DNA of 64,000 nt, from assembly GCF_007748055.1 (NCBI RefSeq), contig NZ_CP036279.1; one strand, given 5' to 3'. Shown one piece after another: positions 49,252-58,561 of this stretch. Position 1 is the first letter of the stretch, and every line of letters starts with the position of its first letter. Under the pieces are notes generated by a model that was given only the letters and a program-made list of their open reading frames with translations, did not search any database and was not told the DNA's origin. The stretch comes from Kolteria novifilia (GTDB lineage: Bacteria; Planctomycetota; Planctomycetia; Kolteriales; Kolteriaceae). The position numbers were made by a program, and so were the translations under genes.

Positions 49252-50904
49252 ATGGCTTCCAGTGGGAATGAAGAACGAGGAGCCATTTTCACTCGACGCG
49301 AGGTAGTCGACTTCGTTCTGGACATCCTTGGGTACTCGGTTACGAAGAGGCTGCACAAGAGACGGCTACTCGAGCCGTCTTTCGGGCATGGCGATTTCTT
49401 GCTTCGTGCAATCGAAAGACTGTTGCACGCTTGGTCACAAGAGAATGGCGAACGGGACCCCGATGACCTAGAGAATGCCATACTCGGCATTGAACTACAT
49501 CAAGCCTCATATGAAACCACTCGCGAGCGAGTAATCGAGAACCTGAAGTCTTCATTTCCTCAAAGCACCGCAGCACGTCTCGCGGACTGCTGGTTAAAGC
49601 AAGGTGATTTCCTTCTCATCGATATTCCTGGCTCTTTTGACTTTGCAGTCGGGAACCCTCCATACGTTAGAACTGAGAAGATACCTGACGCCCTCATCCG
49701 TGAGTACAGGCGACGCTACCACACCATCTACGACCGAGCAGACTTGTACGTGCCGTTCATAGAGCGATCACTGTCATTGCTCGCCGACGATGGCCAACTG
49801 GGTTTTGTTTGCTCTGACCGCTGGATGAAGAACCGCTACGGTGCGCCGCTACGGCGAATGGTGGCCGAGGGATTTTTCATGAAGTATTACATCGACATGA
49901 CGGGGAAAGACGCGTTCCACAGCGATGTCACGGCGTATCCCGCGATTACCGTGATATCCCGCGAGTCCGAGGGAGTGACGAAGGTGGTCAGCAAAGATGA
50001 CTTTAGCATGGACGTCTTGCAAGACCTGTCGCGGGAGCTTCTGGAAGACGCTACACCGGTGGCCCATAACCCCCAAATTAGAACGGCAAGCGGGTTTGCG
50101 AATGGCGAATCTCCATGGCTGCTGAGTAGTTGTGAACAACTAGCATTGGTACGCCGTCTCGAAAGGGATTTCCCCACAATCGAGAACGCTTACTGCCGAG
50201 TAGGAATCGGCGTTGCAACAGGCGCGGACAAGGTGTTTATCGGGCCATTCGACGAGCTAGATGTCGAAGAGGAGAGGAAGATTCCCTTGGCAACGACACG
50301 GGATATAAATTCTGGCCGCGTGTCTTGGACTGGTCTCGGAATTGTTAACCCGTTTGAAGAGTCCGGGAAGCTAGTTGACCTGAGTGCATATCCGAAGCTT
50401 AGGCGCTTCTTTGAACAAAGAAAAGCTGATCTCGTGAATCGCCACGTCGCAAAAAGATCACCGAGAAACTGGTACCGCACAATTGACCGGATACATGCCA
50501 ACCTTGCATCTACGCCAAAACTATTGATACCAGACATCAAAGGCCACGCGTCGATCGTATTAGAGGACGGTCGGCTCTATCCCCATCACAATCTCTATTT
50601 CGTAACTTCGGAAGAGTGGGATCTTGAGGTGTTGTTAGCCATCTTGCGAGCTGGGCTCGCATTCCTCTTTGTTTCGCTCTACTCAACAACGATGCGAGGT
50701 GGATGCTTTCGTTTCCAAGCCCAGAACCTTCGCAGAATCTGCTTGCCACGTTGGGAGGATGTGCCACGAGTTGCAAAAACATCGCTAAAAAATGCTATCA
50801 AGGAGGGCGACTTGAGTGCTTGCCGAGAGCTGACGGCGACGTTGCTTGGTATGACCGACAATGAAAAGCAAGTGTTCAGGGAAGTTACGGCGGAGTTAGT
50901 GTGA
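49252..50904 (+). CDS. N6-adenine DNA methyltransferase (gamma-class, type II RM)
   Basis: Start at M24 of ORF 49183..50904 (MASSGNEERGAIFTRREVVDFVL). Motif I LEPSFGHGDFL and motif IV FAVGNPPYV. The region is lower-GC. Confidence 0.85.
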   Translation: MASSGNEERGAIFTRREVVDFVLDILGYSVTKRLHKRRLLEPSFGHGDFLLRAIERLLHAWSQENGERDPDDLENAILGIELHQASYETTRERVIENLKSSFPQSTAARLADCWLKQGDFLLIDIPGSFDFAVGNPPYVRTEKIPDALIREYRRRYHTIYDRADLYVPFIERSLSLLADDGQLGFVCSDRWMKNRYGAPLRRMVAEGFFMKYYIDMTGKDAFHSDVTAYPAITVISRESEGVTKVVSKDDFSMDVLQDLSRELLEDATPVAHNPQIRTASGFANGESPWLLSSCEQLALVRRLERDFPTIENAYCRVGIGVATGADKVFIGPFDELDVEEERKIPLATTRDINSGRVSWTGLGIVNPFEESGKLVDLSAYPKLRRFFEQRKADLVNRHVAKRSPRNWYRTIDRIHANLASTPKLLIPDIKGHASIVLEDGRLYPHHNLYFVTSEEWDLEVLLAILRAGLAFLFVSLYSTTMRGGCFRFQAQNLRRICLPRWEDVPRVAKTSLKNAIKEGDLSACRELTATLLGMTDNEKQVFREVTAELV

Positions 50905-51626
50905 TGTCGATTGATCTTGGCGACTTTGAGGAGAACGTTCGGAATGCTGTGCTTGCGTTTTGGAATACTCGACAAGAAAGTGCCGCCAAACAGGAAGCGA
51001 TAGGAAGGTTCGACCAAGGCCAGAGGTCAGGGGTGACTTCTGGAAAGAACATGGACGGATTCGTTGGGTTCGTTGCCGATATTGTGCAGCGAAATGGAAT
51101 CGCGGAGGAGTGCATTTATCTTAAACGACGAGTTCTTTCACTCCCAGGGTACTTTCGGCCGACCAAGCTTTGGGACATGCTCGTTATTCACAACGATCAC
51201 CTGGTTGCGGCGTTGGAGTTCAAGAGCCAAGCCGGATCGTTCGGGAACAACTTCAACAATAGAACTGAAGAGGCGCTCGGAACAGCACTCGACTTGATGA
51301 CGGCTTTTCGCGAGGGTGCCTTCGGTGACCAACCTCGTCCATTTGTAGGCTGGATGATGTTGCTCGAAGACGCTCCAAGTTCCAGGAAACCTGTAGGCGA
51401 CCGTTCTCCGCACTTTCCAGCCTTTCCGGAGTTTGCAATGGCTTCGTATGCCAAACGCTATCACATTCTATGTCGCAAAATGATGCAAGAGAACCTCTAT
51501 GATGCGGCCGCATTATTATTGAGCCCACGTGGGAAGTCCGGCGTCTACTCCGAAATGGACACTATGACCAGTCTGAGAACGTTTGCGACACAGCTGGCAG
51601 GCCGCGTCGCAGCTGAGGTTGCCTAA
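50904..51626 (+). CDS. Putative type II restriction endonuclease, cognate to the upstream MTase (possibly XhoI/PaeR7I-like; the family assignment is a guess)
   Basis: Its start overlaps the MTase stop (TGATG). It is 241 aa, which is REase size. I recognise no other domain. Confidence 0.5.
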   Translation: MSIDLGDFEENVRNAVLAFWNTRQESAAKQEAIGRFDQGQRSGVTSGKNMDGFVGFVADIVQRNGIAEECIYLKRRVLSLPGYFRPTKLWDMLVIHNDHLVAALEFKSQAGSFGNNFNNRTEEALGTALDLMTAFREGAFGDQPRPFVGWMMLLEDAPSSRKPVGDRSPHFPAFPEFAMASYAKRYHILCRKMMQENLYDAAALLLSPRGKSGVYSEMDTMTSLRTFATQLAGRVAAEVA

Positions 51627-51657
51627 ATGGCTCTGAGAGCCCGCTTCCGAGTTAAGG

Positions 51658-51685
51658 AGGGTGGGTCTTGGTCCCACCATCTTGT
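51658..51685 (+). terminator. Hairpin ggtggg-tcttggt-cccacc followed by atcttgttc: a putative terminator of the RM operon
   Basis: Lies 32 bp after the REase stop. It shares its motif with 22651..22668. Confidence 0.45.
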
Positions 51686-51769
51686 TCAGTTGGGAAACTC
51701 AAGGCCCTTCGAGGGTTCGTCGGTACCTCCAAGCGGTGGTATAGTCACCAAGGTGAGCTGTGGAAGCCC

Positions 51770-51990
51770 GTGACCCAGCGTGCGCTAGTGTAGTGTTTGC
51801 GAGTTGAACGAATTTACGTCGCCCGCGACATTGCTTGTTGGGAATGGCAGATCTCGGAATTCACCCTGTGTTTACCGTGACTCTGCGCAACCGAATACAT
51901 ACGCTTCTGGATGACACAGTACACTAGCGCGACACTGGGCTATGATCTGGCATACCTTCGGCATGCTGGTCTTCGCGGTCGGAATGGGTG
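51770..51990. repeat. Third copy of the composite palindromic repeat family, split by a ~125-bp insert
   Basis: gtgacccagcgtgcgctagtg ...125 bp... cactagcgcgacactgggct, followed by ggcataccttcggcatgct...cgcggtcggaat. Confidence 0.65.
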
Positions 51991-52274
51991 GTGGGGCAAG
52001 GCCCGGCCTAGTTGGCTAAAGCGTCATCCTGTCCGCATGCCCACGCAGGCGTGATCCTCTCCGCATGCCCACGCAGGCGTGGGCATGGCACCCAAGGCAC
52101 TGGTCCTAGTGCTAGCAGTCCGTTGATTTAAGCGGGCCAAGGCGAGAACGAGCCATATTGGCCAAGATCAAGGAGGAAAAACGCAGGCGAATCCGTAGAT
52201 TCGTCGAGGTTTTTCAACGCCGAGATTGGTCAAAAGAACCGTTCGCAGCCGGCAGCGAATAGATCAACGGACTG

Positions 52275-52523
52275 CTAGGGTTTGATCGCGTTGACCTGGA
52301 CGCTGGCGGCGAAGTCGTTGATGTTGTGCTTGCGGATCAGCTCGGCCAACTCCTCGTGCAGCGTCGCGGCCGAGGGCGAACAACAGTCGCCGCCGTCGAC
52401 CACCTCCAACGGTGAAGAGGGCTCGCCGAGGGCCGAGGGTGGGGCACAGCAACCGGCTTGGTTCTCGGCTTTCGCGTAGGCGTTGAGGTCCTTCTTCGTG
52501 TCGACGACCTGAAGACCCGCCAC
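52275..52523 (-). CDS. Doubtful small ORF with paired-Cys motifs (possible gene remnant)
   Basis: ...AGCCAPPS...GGDCCSPSAATLHEELAELIRK. It abuts the MCO fragment breakpoint. Confidence 0.2.
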   Translation of the reverse strand: MAGLQVVDTKKDLNAYAKAENQAGCCAPPSALGEPSSPLEVVDGGDCCSPSAATLHEELAELIRKHNINDFAASVQVNAIKP

Positions 52524-53239
52524 TCGCCTGCCTTCATCGTGAGGACCGGATTGACTTGGCCGTTGACGGTGAAAATCTGGTCGTCGTGGTTCTCCCCGTC
52601 TTGCGGAATCATCACCTCGCCATCGACGACCCAGGTGTTCTTCAGGATGAGGTGGTTCTGGACGAGACCATCGAGTTCACGAATGCCGCCGTCGCCGCGT
52701 CCGATCAGCAACATCCCCGAGAGCCCATGGCCGATCTGATCGTTGACGAAGCCGTGGCGATGAGGGTGGTACCAATAGGTTCCTTCGGGATGAAACGAAG
52801 GGATGTCGAAACTTTGGGTGAACGTTTCTCCCGGCGCGATGTTGAGCAGGACGTTGTCGCCATTGCCCAGTGGCGAGGTGTTGACGCCGTGCGGATGCAG
52901 GTTGGTCGGTTGCTCGAGCTCGTTGACGATGTTGACGTTGAGGGTGTCGCCAGGATTGACTTGGAGAATGGGAGGGGCGAACTGATCGTTGTACATCCAA
53001 ACATTGGATGCGGGCGTGTCGCCGATCATCGCTTCGCCCACTGCTTGGGTCAGGGTGACATCGAGGACTCCGTCGACCGCGGCGAGGATCGGCGGCTCCT
53101 GGAAGGGGTCCATCGCCGGAACGATCCGGTCGGCCAAGGGTTCGAGCGTGAGCGTTCGCGCGAGCGAGCGGCCGCGGCGATTGTTCGGAATTCGACATCG
53201 AGTCGTTGGCGTCGGTGTCATGGCTGTCTCGATCTCCAT
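52509..53239 (-). pseudogene. Truncated N-terminal fragment (about 240 aa) of a multicopper oxidase paralogous to 45709..48225
   Basis: Homology runs LTLEPLADRIVPAMDPFQEP ... WYHPHRHG ... GEWRVF and then stops abruptly near 52508; the rest of ORF 52337..53239 is Arg-rich junk. Confidence 0.7.
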
Positions 53240-53475
53240 CGATGGCTAGACGATCAAACCGTTCGGATTGTGATGTTTAGGCAATGTGGGAGGGCGCCCT
53301 GGAGCTAGGTTGGACATCCGGCGTGTGAAAAGAAAGGAGGAAGTGAAGAGAATGTGAAGTTGGTGCACCCGTCGTTGACGGTTCGAGGGGTTCGGAATCG
53401 GAGAGGGTGAACGACGCTGTCCGGGCCGCTTCCCGTGCGAGTCGATCGACGCCTGGTTTCGGCCCAGATAGCGAC

Positions 53476-54852
53476 CTAGCCCGGAATCGCTGGCTCGCTC
53501 GTGGGCGATTCGCTTTCGCTGTCCGCGGCGGTGGGGGAACTGGCGAGAATCGTGTTGAGCTGATCCAGCGTCTGCCGCATCTTTGTTTGCGAGGGTTTGG
53601 GGGCTCGAAAGAGTTCCGAGGCGACAACGGTGTTGGCGATCCCTTCGTTGAGGGCGGAGAGGATGTCGTCGCGGTTGGTGCGTCCAAAGGCCTCCATGGC
53701 CCGCCGGAATCGGTTGTGGCGAGTTTCGACGTGCCCATCGGCCAAGTCGACGAACGCCTCGGCCGAACGCATCGCCGCGAGGAACTGCCGATTTCCGTCT
53801 GACCAGTGGTCGGCTTGTCCCGAATCGTCGTGATGATTCGCGACCAACCGGAGGATAGGAACGGGGAGGCACCAGTTCTCGAGCAAGGCCGCGCCGACGT
53901 CGGCATGGGTCAGCCCACGCAAGTAGCCTCGTTCCAGGCTCTCGAGTCGAAGATGTCCCGTGTGACGGAATCGCCCCAGCATCGACTCGTAAGTCGCGCC
54001 GCACGCCTCCACCAACACGAGGATCCCCAACTCCTGAAGCAATCCGAGCAGGTAGGCGGTCTCGGGTGACACGTTGCCCAGACGCTTCACGAATGCCGAG
54101 GCGATGCAGGCGACCATCACCGAGCGCCGTTGATGCCAGGATCGCATGCTGTCGGAGATCTTTCTGCCAAATTGGAGAAAGGAGTCGTGGGCCCGACAGG
54201 AGAGAATCAACGCGAGCGTCGCGCGCGTGCCCAGGAGGTTGATCGCGTCAAACAAGCTGGAGACGCGGACCGAGAGTCCCATCGCCGGACTGTTGACGAG
54301 CGAAAGCAATTGGGCGGCGATCGAGGGATCGACGGAGATGGTCTCGGTCAACTCCGCGATCGAGATCTCTTCCTCGGAGAGCAGACGGGGGGCGAAGCGG
54401 AGAAGGATGTTGGGCGGCGAGTTGGGCAGGGAGACCGAACCGACCAAGCGACGGGCGCGGTCGCTGATGAATTTGGCGCCGTCGGCGTTGGGATGAGTGA
54501 GTGTCAGGATGGTCTCGGCGATCACCGAACCGGAAGTGTTGCTCGGGAGAACGCGATCAACGCCGATTTGCTGGGCACGATCCCTCACCTGCGAGATGTC
54601 CGGGGAGAGCAAGATGGTCGCGGGCCGCAGCAGTTCGTGGTGAATCTTCTCCAGGATGTCGATGCCGCTGAAGAAGCCCTCCAGTTTTTCCTCGACCACG
54701 ACCGCGTCCATGGCGACTTCCGACATGGAGCGGTGAAGTTGCTCGGCGCTGAAGACCCTTTCGACCGCGATTTCATCTTCGGGAATACCGTCGACGAATT
54801 GTTCCGTGGCTGCCAGGCTTCCGCAAAGGATGATCACATGGGGTCGCTGCAT
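53476..54852 (-). CDS. HDOD domain signalling protein with an N-terminal receiver-like domain
   Basis: Start at M31 (MQRPHVIILCG). The HDOD-like region is ISVDPSIAAQLLSLVNSPAMGL ... HADVGAALLENWCLPVPI ... ANHHD. Confidence 0.8.
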   Translation of the reverse strand: MQRPHVIILCGSLAATEQFVDGIPEDEIAVERVFSAEQLHRSMSEVAMDAVVVEEKLEGFFSGIDILEKIHHELLRPATILLSPDISQVRDRAQQIGVDRVLPSNTSGSVIAETILTLTHPNADGAKFISDRARRLVGSVSLPNSPPNILLRFAPRLLSEEEISIAELTETISVDPSIAAQLLSLVNSPAMGLSVRVSSLFDAINLLGTRATLALILSCRAHDSFLQFGRKISDSMRSWHQRRSVMVACIASAFVKRLGNVSPETAYLLGLLQELGILVLVEACGATYESMLGRFRHTGHLRLESLERGYLRGLTHADVGAALLENWCLPVPILRLVANHHDDSGQADHWSDGNRQFLAAMRSAEAFVDLADGHVETRHNRFRRAMEAFGRTNRDDILSALNEGIANTVVASELFRAPKPSQTKMRQTLDQLNTILASSPTAADSESESPTSEPAIPG

Positions 54853-55403
54853 CTCCGTTCCTTCCGTGGATGCGTCTTCGCCCGAGGCTCGGTGTTGCGG
54901 AAACAGTAGCTCGCGGGGTGCGTGGCGCCAAACGAGTATCATTCAGAATTCTTACCCTACTGTTTTTTGCCTAGTCACCGCGCGCGAGGGCCCTCGTCTT
55001 TGGGGCGTTGGACGCTTGCCCCGCGGAGAGGAGAGGACGCTACCTACTCGGGGTGACTACAGCGTTTGCCGGAGGACGACGGCCTCATGGAAACCGGGGC
55101 GACTTCGGCGATGGGGCATCACCGACGGATCGTTTCTTGGGAGGAGGGACTCACAAGAAGAACGCGTGAACTTCCGAAGCAGACGCAGCCGCCCGCCAGA
55201 ACGCCGAGGACGCGACGCCAATGGAACGTCGAGGAGGCCGGTGGTTTGCAGGGAGAGACCGAGAAGGGGAACGGCAAGAACCGACTCTTGAGACGAAGCC
55301 CAGTGCTTTGTCAGATCCCAAAGTTCGGGTGGCACTGGCTGTTGGTCAGCCAGTGAGAAGTGATCGTACGTTCCCAACCGGGAAACTAGTGCATCATCCA
55401 TTC

Positions 55404-56132
55404 TTAATTTTTGGGGTAGAGTCGGGCCAGTTTGGTGCGTGCTTCGTCGATTTGTAGTTGGCAGTCGACGCCGCGCTGCTTCTGGTTGGTCTGGTCGGAC
55501 CAAGCCCCGATTTCGTCTCGTAATTCGTCGAGTTCGCCGACGCGTCGACCGGTCAGACACTGTCGTGTCATCGCGCTCAGTTCGCATTCGGCGACGTTTA
55601 GCCAGCTCCCATGCTTCGGAGTGTAGACGAACGTGATTCGCTTGACATAGGCACGTGCCACGGCAGGCTCAAACAACTCGTAGAACGCTCCCTTGGTGTG
55701 GGTGTTTAGGTTGTCGAGAACCAGCGTCACTTGCTGGCAATCGGCGTAGCGAGTGTCGAGCAGTTGCGCGACCTCTTGCGCCCAATCAACCTTGGTGCGT
55801 TGCGACCTGGCCGTCGCTTGGCGAAAACCTGAAAGCGGCTCGCTGAACATGAAGATGCTCGCCGTTCCGTTTCGTTCATACTCGTAATCGACTCGCTTGG
55901 GATGGTCCTTGGCAGCTTCAATCGGCTGCCTTGTTTCTTTGATCAGCTGGACCGGTTGCTCGTCCATGCAAATGACCGGATGGTCTGCATCGTAGGGTCT
56001 TTCATAGGTTTCGAGGACTTCCTCCATGCAAGCGACGAACTCAGCGTCGTTCTCGGGGGGGATCACCCAATAGTCGATCATACGCTTGGTCATGCGATTT
56101 TTTTTAGCGTCTTGCGAACGGTCTCGGGACAA
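55404..56132 (-). CDS. IS630/Tc1-mariner family transposase, DDE catalytic part (ORF B)
   Basis: DDE_3-type sequence: VICMDEQPVQL ... VLDNLNTHTKGAF ... WLNVAECELS. Confidence 0.85.
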   Translation of the reverse strand: MSRDRSQDAKKNRMTKRMIDYWVIPPENDAEFVACMEEVLETYERPYDADHPVICMDEQPVQLIKETRQPIEAAKDHPKRVDYEYERNGTASIFMFSEPLSGFRQATARSQRTKVDWAQEVAQLLDTRYADCQQVTLVLDNLNTHTKGAFYELFEPAVARAYVKRITFVYTPKHGSWLNVAECELSAMTRQCLTGRRVGELDELRDEIGAWSDQTNQKQRGVDCQLQIDEARTKLARLYPKN

Positions 56133-56230
56133 ATGGATTCCACTACCTCTAGTTTAACCAATTGATCGGCAAGCAGTTGCAGCGTCCACTTGCCGTATCC
56201 CTTGGGCGGCTCTCCCAGACGCATGGCGAC
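56090..56230 (-). CDS. IS630 transposase N-terminal HTH part (ORF A C-terminus), in a different frame from ORF B
   Basis: LVAMRLGEPPKGYGKWTLQLLADQLVKLEVVESICPETVRKTLKKIA. The remainder of ORF 56090..56512 is low-complexity and probably not real. The frames overlap at 56090..56132, as at the programmed-frameshift site typical of IS630. Confidence 0.5.
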   Translation of the reverse strand, partial: VAMRLGEPPKGYGKWTLQLLADQLVKLEVVESICPETVRKTLKKIA

Positions 56231-56279
56231 TAGTCTTGCTTCGGCCTGCCCGTCGAGCTTCGGCGGAGTCGGGTGGAGA

Positions 56280-56441
56280 GTTCGTTCGTCGCCACTCCGC
56301 GATGATCCGAGCGTATTTCTCGTGGCTTTCCTCAGACCCGAAGGGCCCGAGATAGTGGTTCTTTCCGTTGATGGTGACAACGGCGCAACGACGGGCTTTG
56401 TGAAGCCGGTAAGACGGTGGGCCTTTGGTAGTACGTGGCAA
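56280..56441 (-). pseudogene. Remnant of a tyrosine integrase N-terminal arm-binding domain (P4-type), truncated
   Basis: MPRTTKGPPSYRLHKARRCAVVTINGKNHYLGPFGSEESHEKYARIIAEWRR, then junk. It begins 114 bp from the 3' end of tRNA-Glu. Confidence 0.45.
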
Positions 56442-56554
56442 AAGAGTCGCGGCCTCCGAGCCAGCGAAAAACGGTACATGTACCGTTTTTCGGAGCTTCT
56501 CCGCCGCGCCACTCCACGAGGAGGGGGTACGCTAAGTCAAGCGTTCGGAAGGAT

Positions 56555-56628
56555 TCAAGGAAAGTACCCCCTACCGGATTCGAACCGGTGATCTTCTGGC
56601 TGAGAACCAGATGTCCTGGGCCACTAGA
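56555..56628 (-). tRNA. tRNA-Glu (anticodon CTC)
   Basis: Hand-folded. Acceptor GCCCCCT/AGGGGGT. D-arm GTCT-AGTGGCCCA-GGAC. Anticodon arm TCTGG-TTCTCAG-CCAGA. T-arm ACCGG-TTCGAAT-CCGGT. Very close to E. coli tRNA-Glu. Confidence 0.9.
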
Positions 56629-56716
56629 CGAAGGGGGCCACATCGAATTCGCTATTCTTGGAATCGGACGCCGAATGTCAACCTAACTTGATGGACTTTT
56701 CTCAAGATCGACCCCG

Positions 56717-57730
56717 TTAGGCCGCGCGGCGGACGCGGCTCTTGCCGGCCTCGCTGATCTGATCGTCGATCTGCAACGCCAACGCCAACGCGGCGTAACC
56801 GGCTTGGCCACTGACCTTTGGCACGCCGCCGTTCTCGACGCGCGAGAGGAAGTCGCGCAGTTCGAGCCGGAGCGGTTCGGCTGCCGTGTCGTGTTGCCGC
56901 GACGTCGTTTTCACCGATCCGTTCCACCACGCCTCGCGCTGTTCCGGCCCCATCGAGGCGCAGATGTCCGAGGTGAGCGACTCGTTGCCGTCGTACCGCA
57001 CGTGCTTGGTCGAACGGGCGACGAAATCGACTTCGTACCAACCCGACTCGTTCGACATCCGCATCGTTCGCGATGAACCGGTGTCGACGCGGCTGGCCGA
57101 GAGTTGGGCCCGACGACCGTTGGTGAAGAGCAGGGACACGTCGGCCCAATCGGCGGACGGACTGACGACGCAGCCGCCGACCGCCTCCACCCGCTCGATC
57201 TCCGAACCCAAGACCGAAAGCGTCAGGTCGATGTCGTGAATCATGACGTCGAGAACGACACTGACGTCAATCGAACGAAAGGGGTAGCGACTGAAGCGCT
57301 GCGCCGAGAGGAAATTCGGCTCGAAACCGTCCTCTTCCGCGGCGATCCAAGCGGGGTTGTAGCGTTCGCTGTGACCGACCTGAAGCACGGCGCCCGAGGC
57401 TTCCGCGAGCTTGACCAGTTCGGCCGATTCGTGCAGTGAGGTGGCCAGCGGTTTCTCGACGAGGGTCGCGATCCCGGCGTTGAGAAACGGGCTCGCCGCG
57501 GCATGGTGGAAGGAGGTCGGGACGGCGACGACGACGGCGTCGACATGCTTGAGGATCTTGCTGGCGTCGTCGACGGCTTGGGTACCCGCGCGTTCGGCGA
57601 TCTCCTTGGCCCGAGCGAGGTCGTGATCGACGACGGCGACCAGATCGGCCTCGGGCATCTCCCCGAGAATGCGGGCGTGGTGGCGACCCATGTGGCCGAC
57701 ACCGACCACGGCGGTACGTAGGCGACTCAT
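56717..57730 (-). CDS. Gfo/Idh/MocA family NAD(P)-dependent oxidoreductase
   Basis: N-terminal Rossmann motif AVVGVGHMGRHHA. 4-bp overlap with lpxA. Confidence 0.85.
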   Translation of the reverse strand: MSRLRTAVVGVGHMGRHHARILGEMPEADLVAVVDHDLARAKEIAERAGTQAVDDASKILKHVDAVVVAVPTSFHHAAASPFLNAGIATLVEKPLATSLHESAELVKLAEASGAVLQVGHSERYNPAWIAAEEDGFEPNFLSAQRFSRYPFRSIDVSVVLDVMIHDIDLTLSVLGSEIERVEAVGGCVVSPSADWADVSLLFTNGRRAQLSASRVDTGSSRTMRMSNESGWYEVDFVARSTKHVRYDGNESLTSDICASMGPEQREAWWNGSVKTTSRQHDTAAEPLRLELRDFLSRVENGGVPKVSGQAGYAALALALQIDDQISEAGKSRVRRAA

Positions 57731-58533
57731 GCTGCGCGTTTCCTTTCCCTGGAGCGGCCGTTGCGGCCTTCGCGTAACCCTTCGACGAACGCAAAGAGGT
57801 TGAGGACCGGCTCGGTCAGGTTGTCGTGATCTTCCAGGATCGCCCGCGCTTTTATCGACTGCATGCGGACGCGGAAGAGGAGCCGGTGCGCCTCGGTGAG
57901 GCTCTTGATCTCGTGATTGCTGAAGCCGCGACGTCGCAGGCCGACGAGGTTGACGCAGCGCACCTCGGCCGGGTTGCCCTCGACCATCATGTAGGGAGGC
58001 ACGTCGGTCGGGATTCGGCTACAGCCGCCGATGAAGGAGTAGGAGCCGATGGTGGCGAACTGATGAACGCCGACCAGCCCCGAGAGAATCGCGTAGTCCT
58101 TCACGTGAACGTGGCCGCCGAGAATGCAGGCGTTGGCCATCATGATGTTCGAACCCATCTGGACGTCGTGGGCGATGTGGCTTGCCGCCATGACGAAGTT
58201 GTTCGAGCCGATGCGGGTGGTGCCATCTTCCTTGTGCGAGCCGCGGTGGATCTGGACGTGCTCGCGAAAGACGTTGTTGTGGCCGATCTCGACCCGAGCG
58301 GGCTCGTCGCTGTACCCCAAGTCCTGGGGTTCGGCTCCGATCGAGGCGAATGGGTAGACCGTGTTGCCGCAGCCCATCACGACTTCGCCGGAGAGGACGA
58401 CATGGGCCATCAAACGGGTTCCCTCGCCGATGACCGCCCCCTTGTCGATGATGCAGTACGGACCGACCTCGACGTCGTCCTCGAGGACGGCGCGGGGATC
58501 GACAATGGCGGTGGAATGGACGGTAACGGCCAT
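57727..58533 (-). CDS. lpxA: Acyl-ACP--UDP-N-acetylglucosamine O-acyltransferase
   Basis: Left-handed beta-helix hexapeptide repeats. Highly LpxA-like: IHSTAIVDP..., GSHKEDGTTRIG. Confidence 0.9.
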   Translation of the reverse strand: MAVTVHSTAIVDPRAVLEDDVEVGPYCIIDKGAVIGEGTRLMAHVVLSGEVVMGCGNTVYPFASIGAEPQDLGYSDEPARVEIGHNNVFREHVQIHRGSHKEDGTTRIGSNNFVMAASHIAHDVQMGSNIMMANACILGGHVHVKDYAILSGLVGVHQFATIGSYSFIGGCSRIPTDVPPYMMVEGNPAEVRCVNLVGLRRRGFSNHEIKSLTEAHRLLFRVRMQSIKARAILEDHDNLTEPVLNLFAFVEGLREGRNGRSRERKRAA

Positions 58534-58561
58534 GAGAACTCCTTTTCTTGCTAGCCGAGGA

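Larger units (their letters stand above)
55380..56250 (-). mobile_element. IS630-family insertion sequence (possibly 5'-truncated), next to tRNA-Glu
   Basis: The transposase is split into two frames. I could not see clear terminal inverted repeats by eye. Confidence 0.5.

Noticed and set aside
56090-56512. Full 140-aa ORF as IS630 ORF A
   Set aside because: Only the C-terminal ~47 aa resemble the IS630 HTH. The N-terminal 90 aa are low-complexity and overlap the integrase-remnant frame, so I annotated only 56090..56230.
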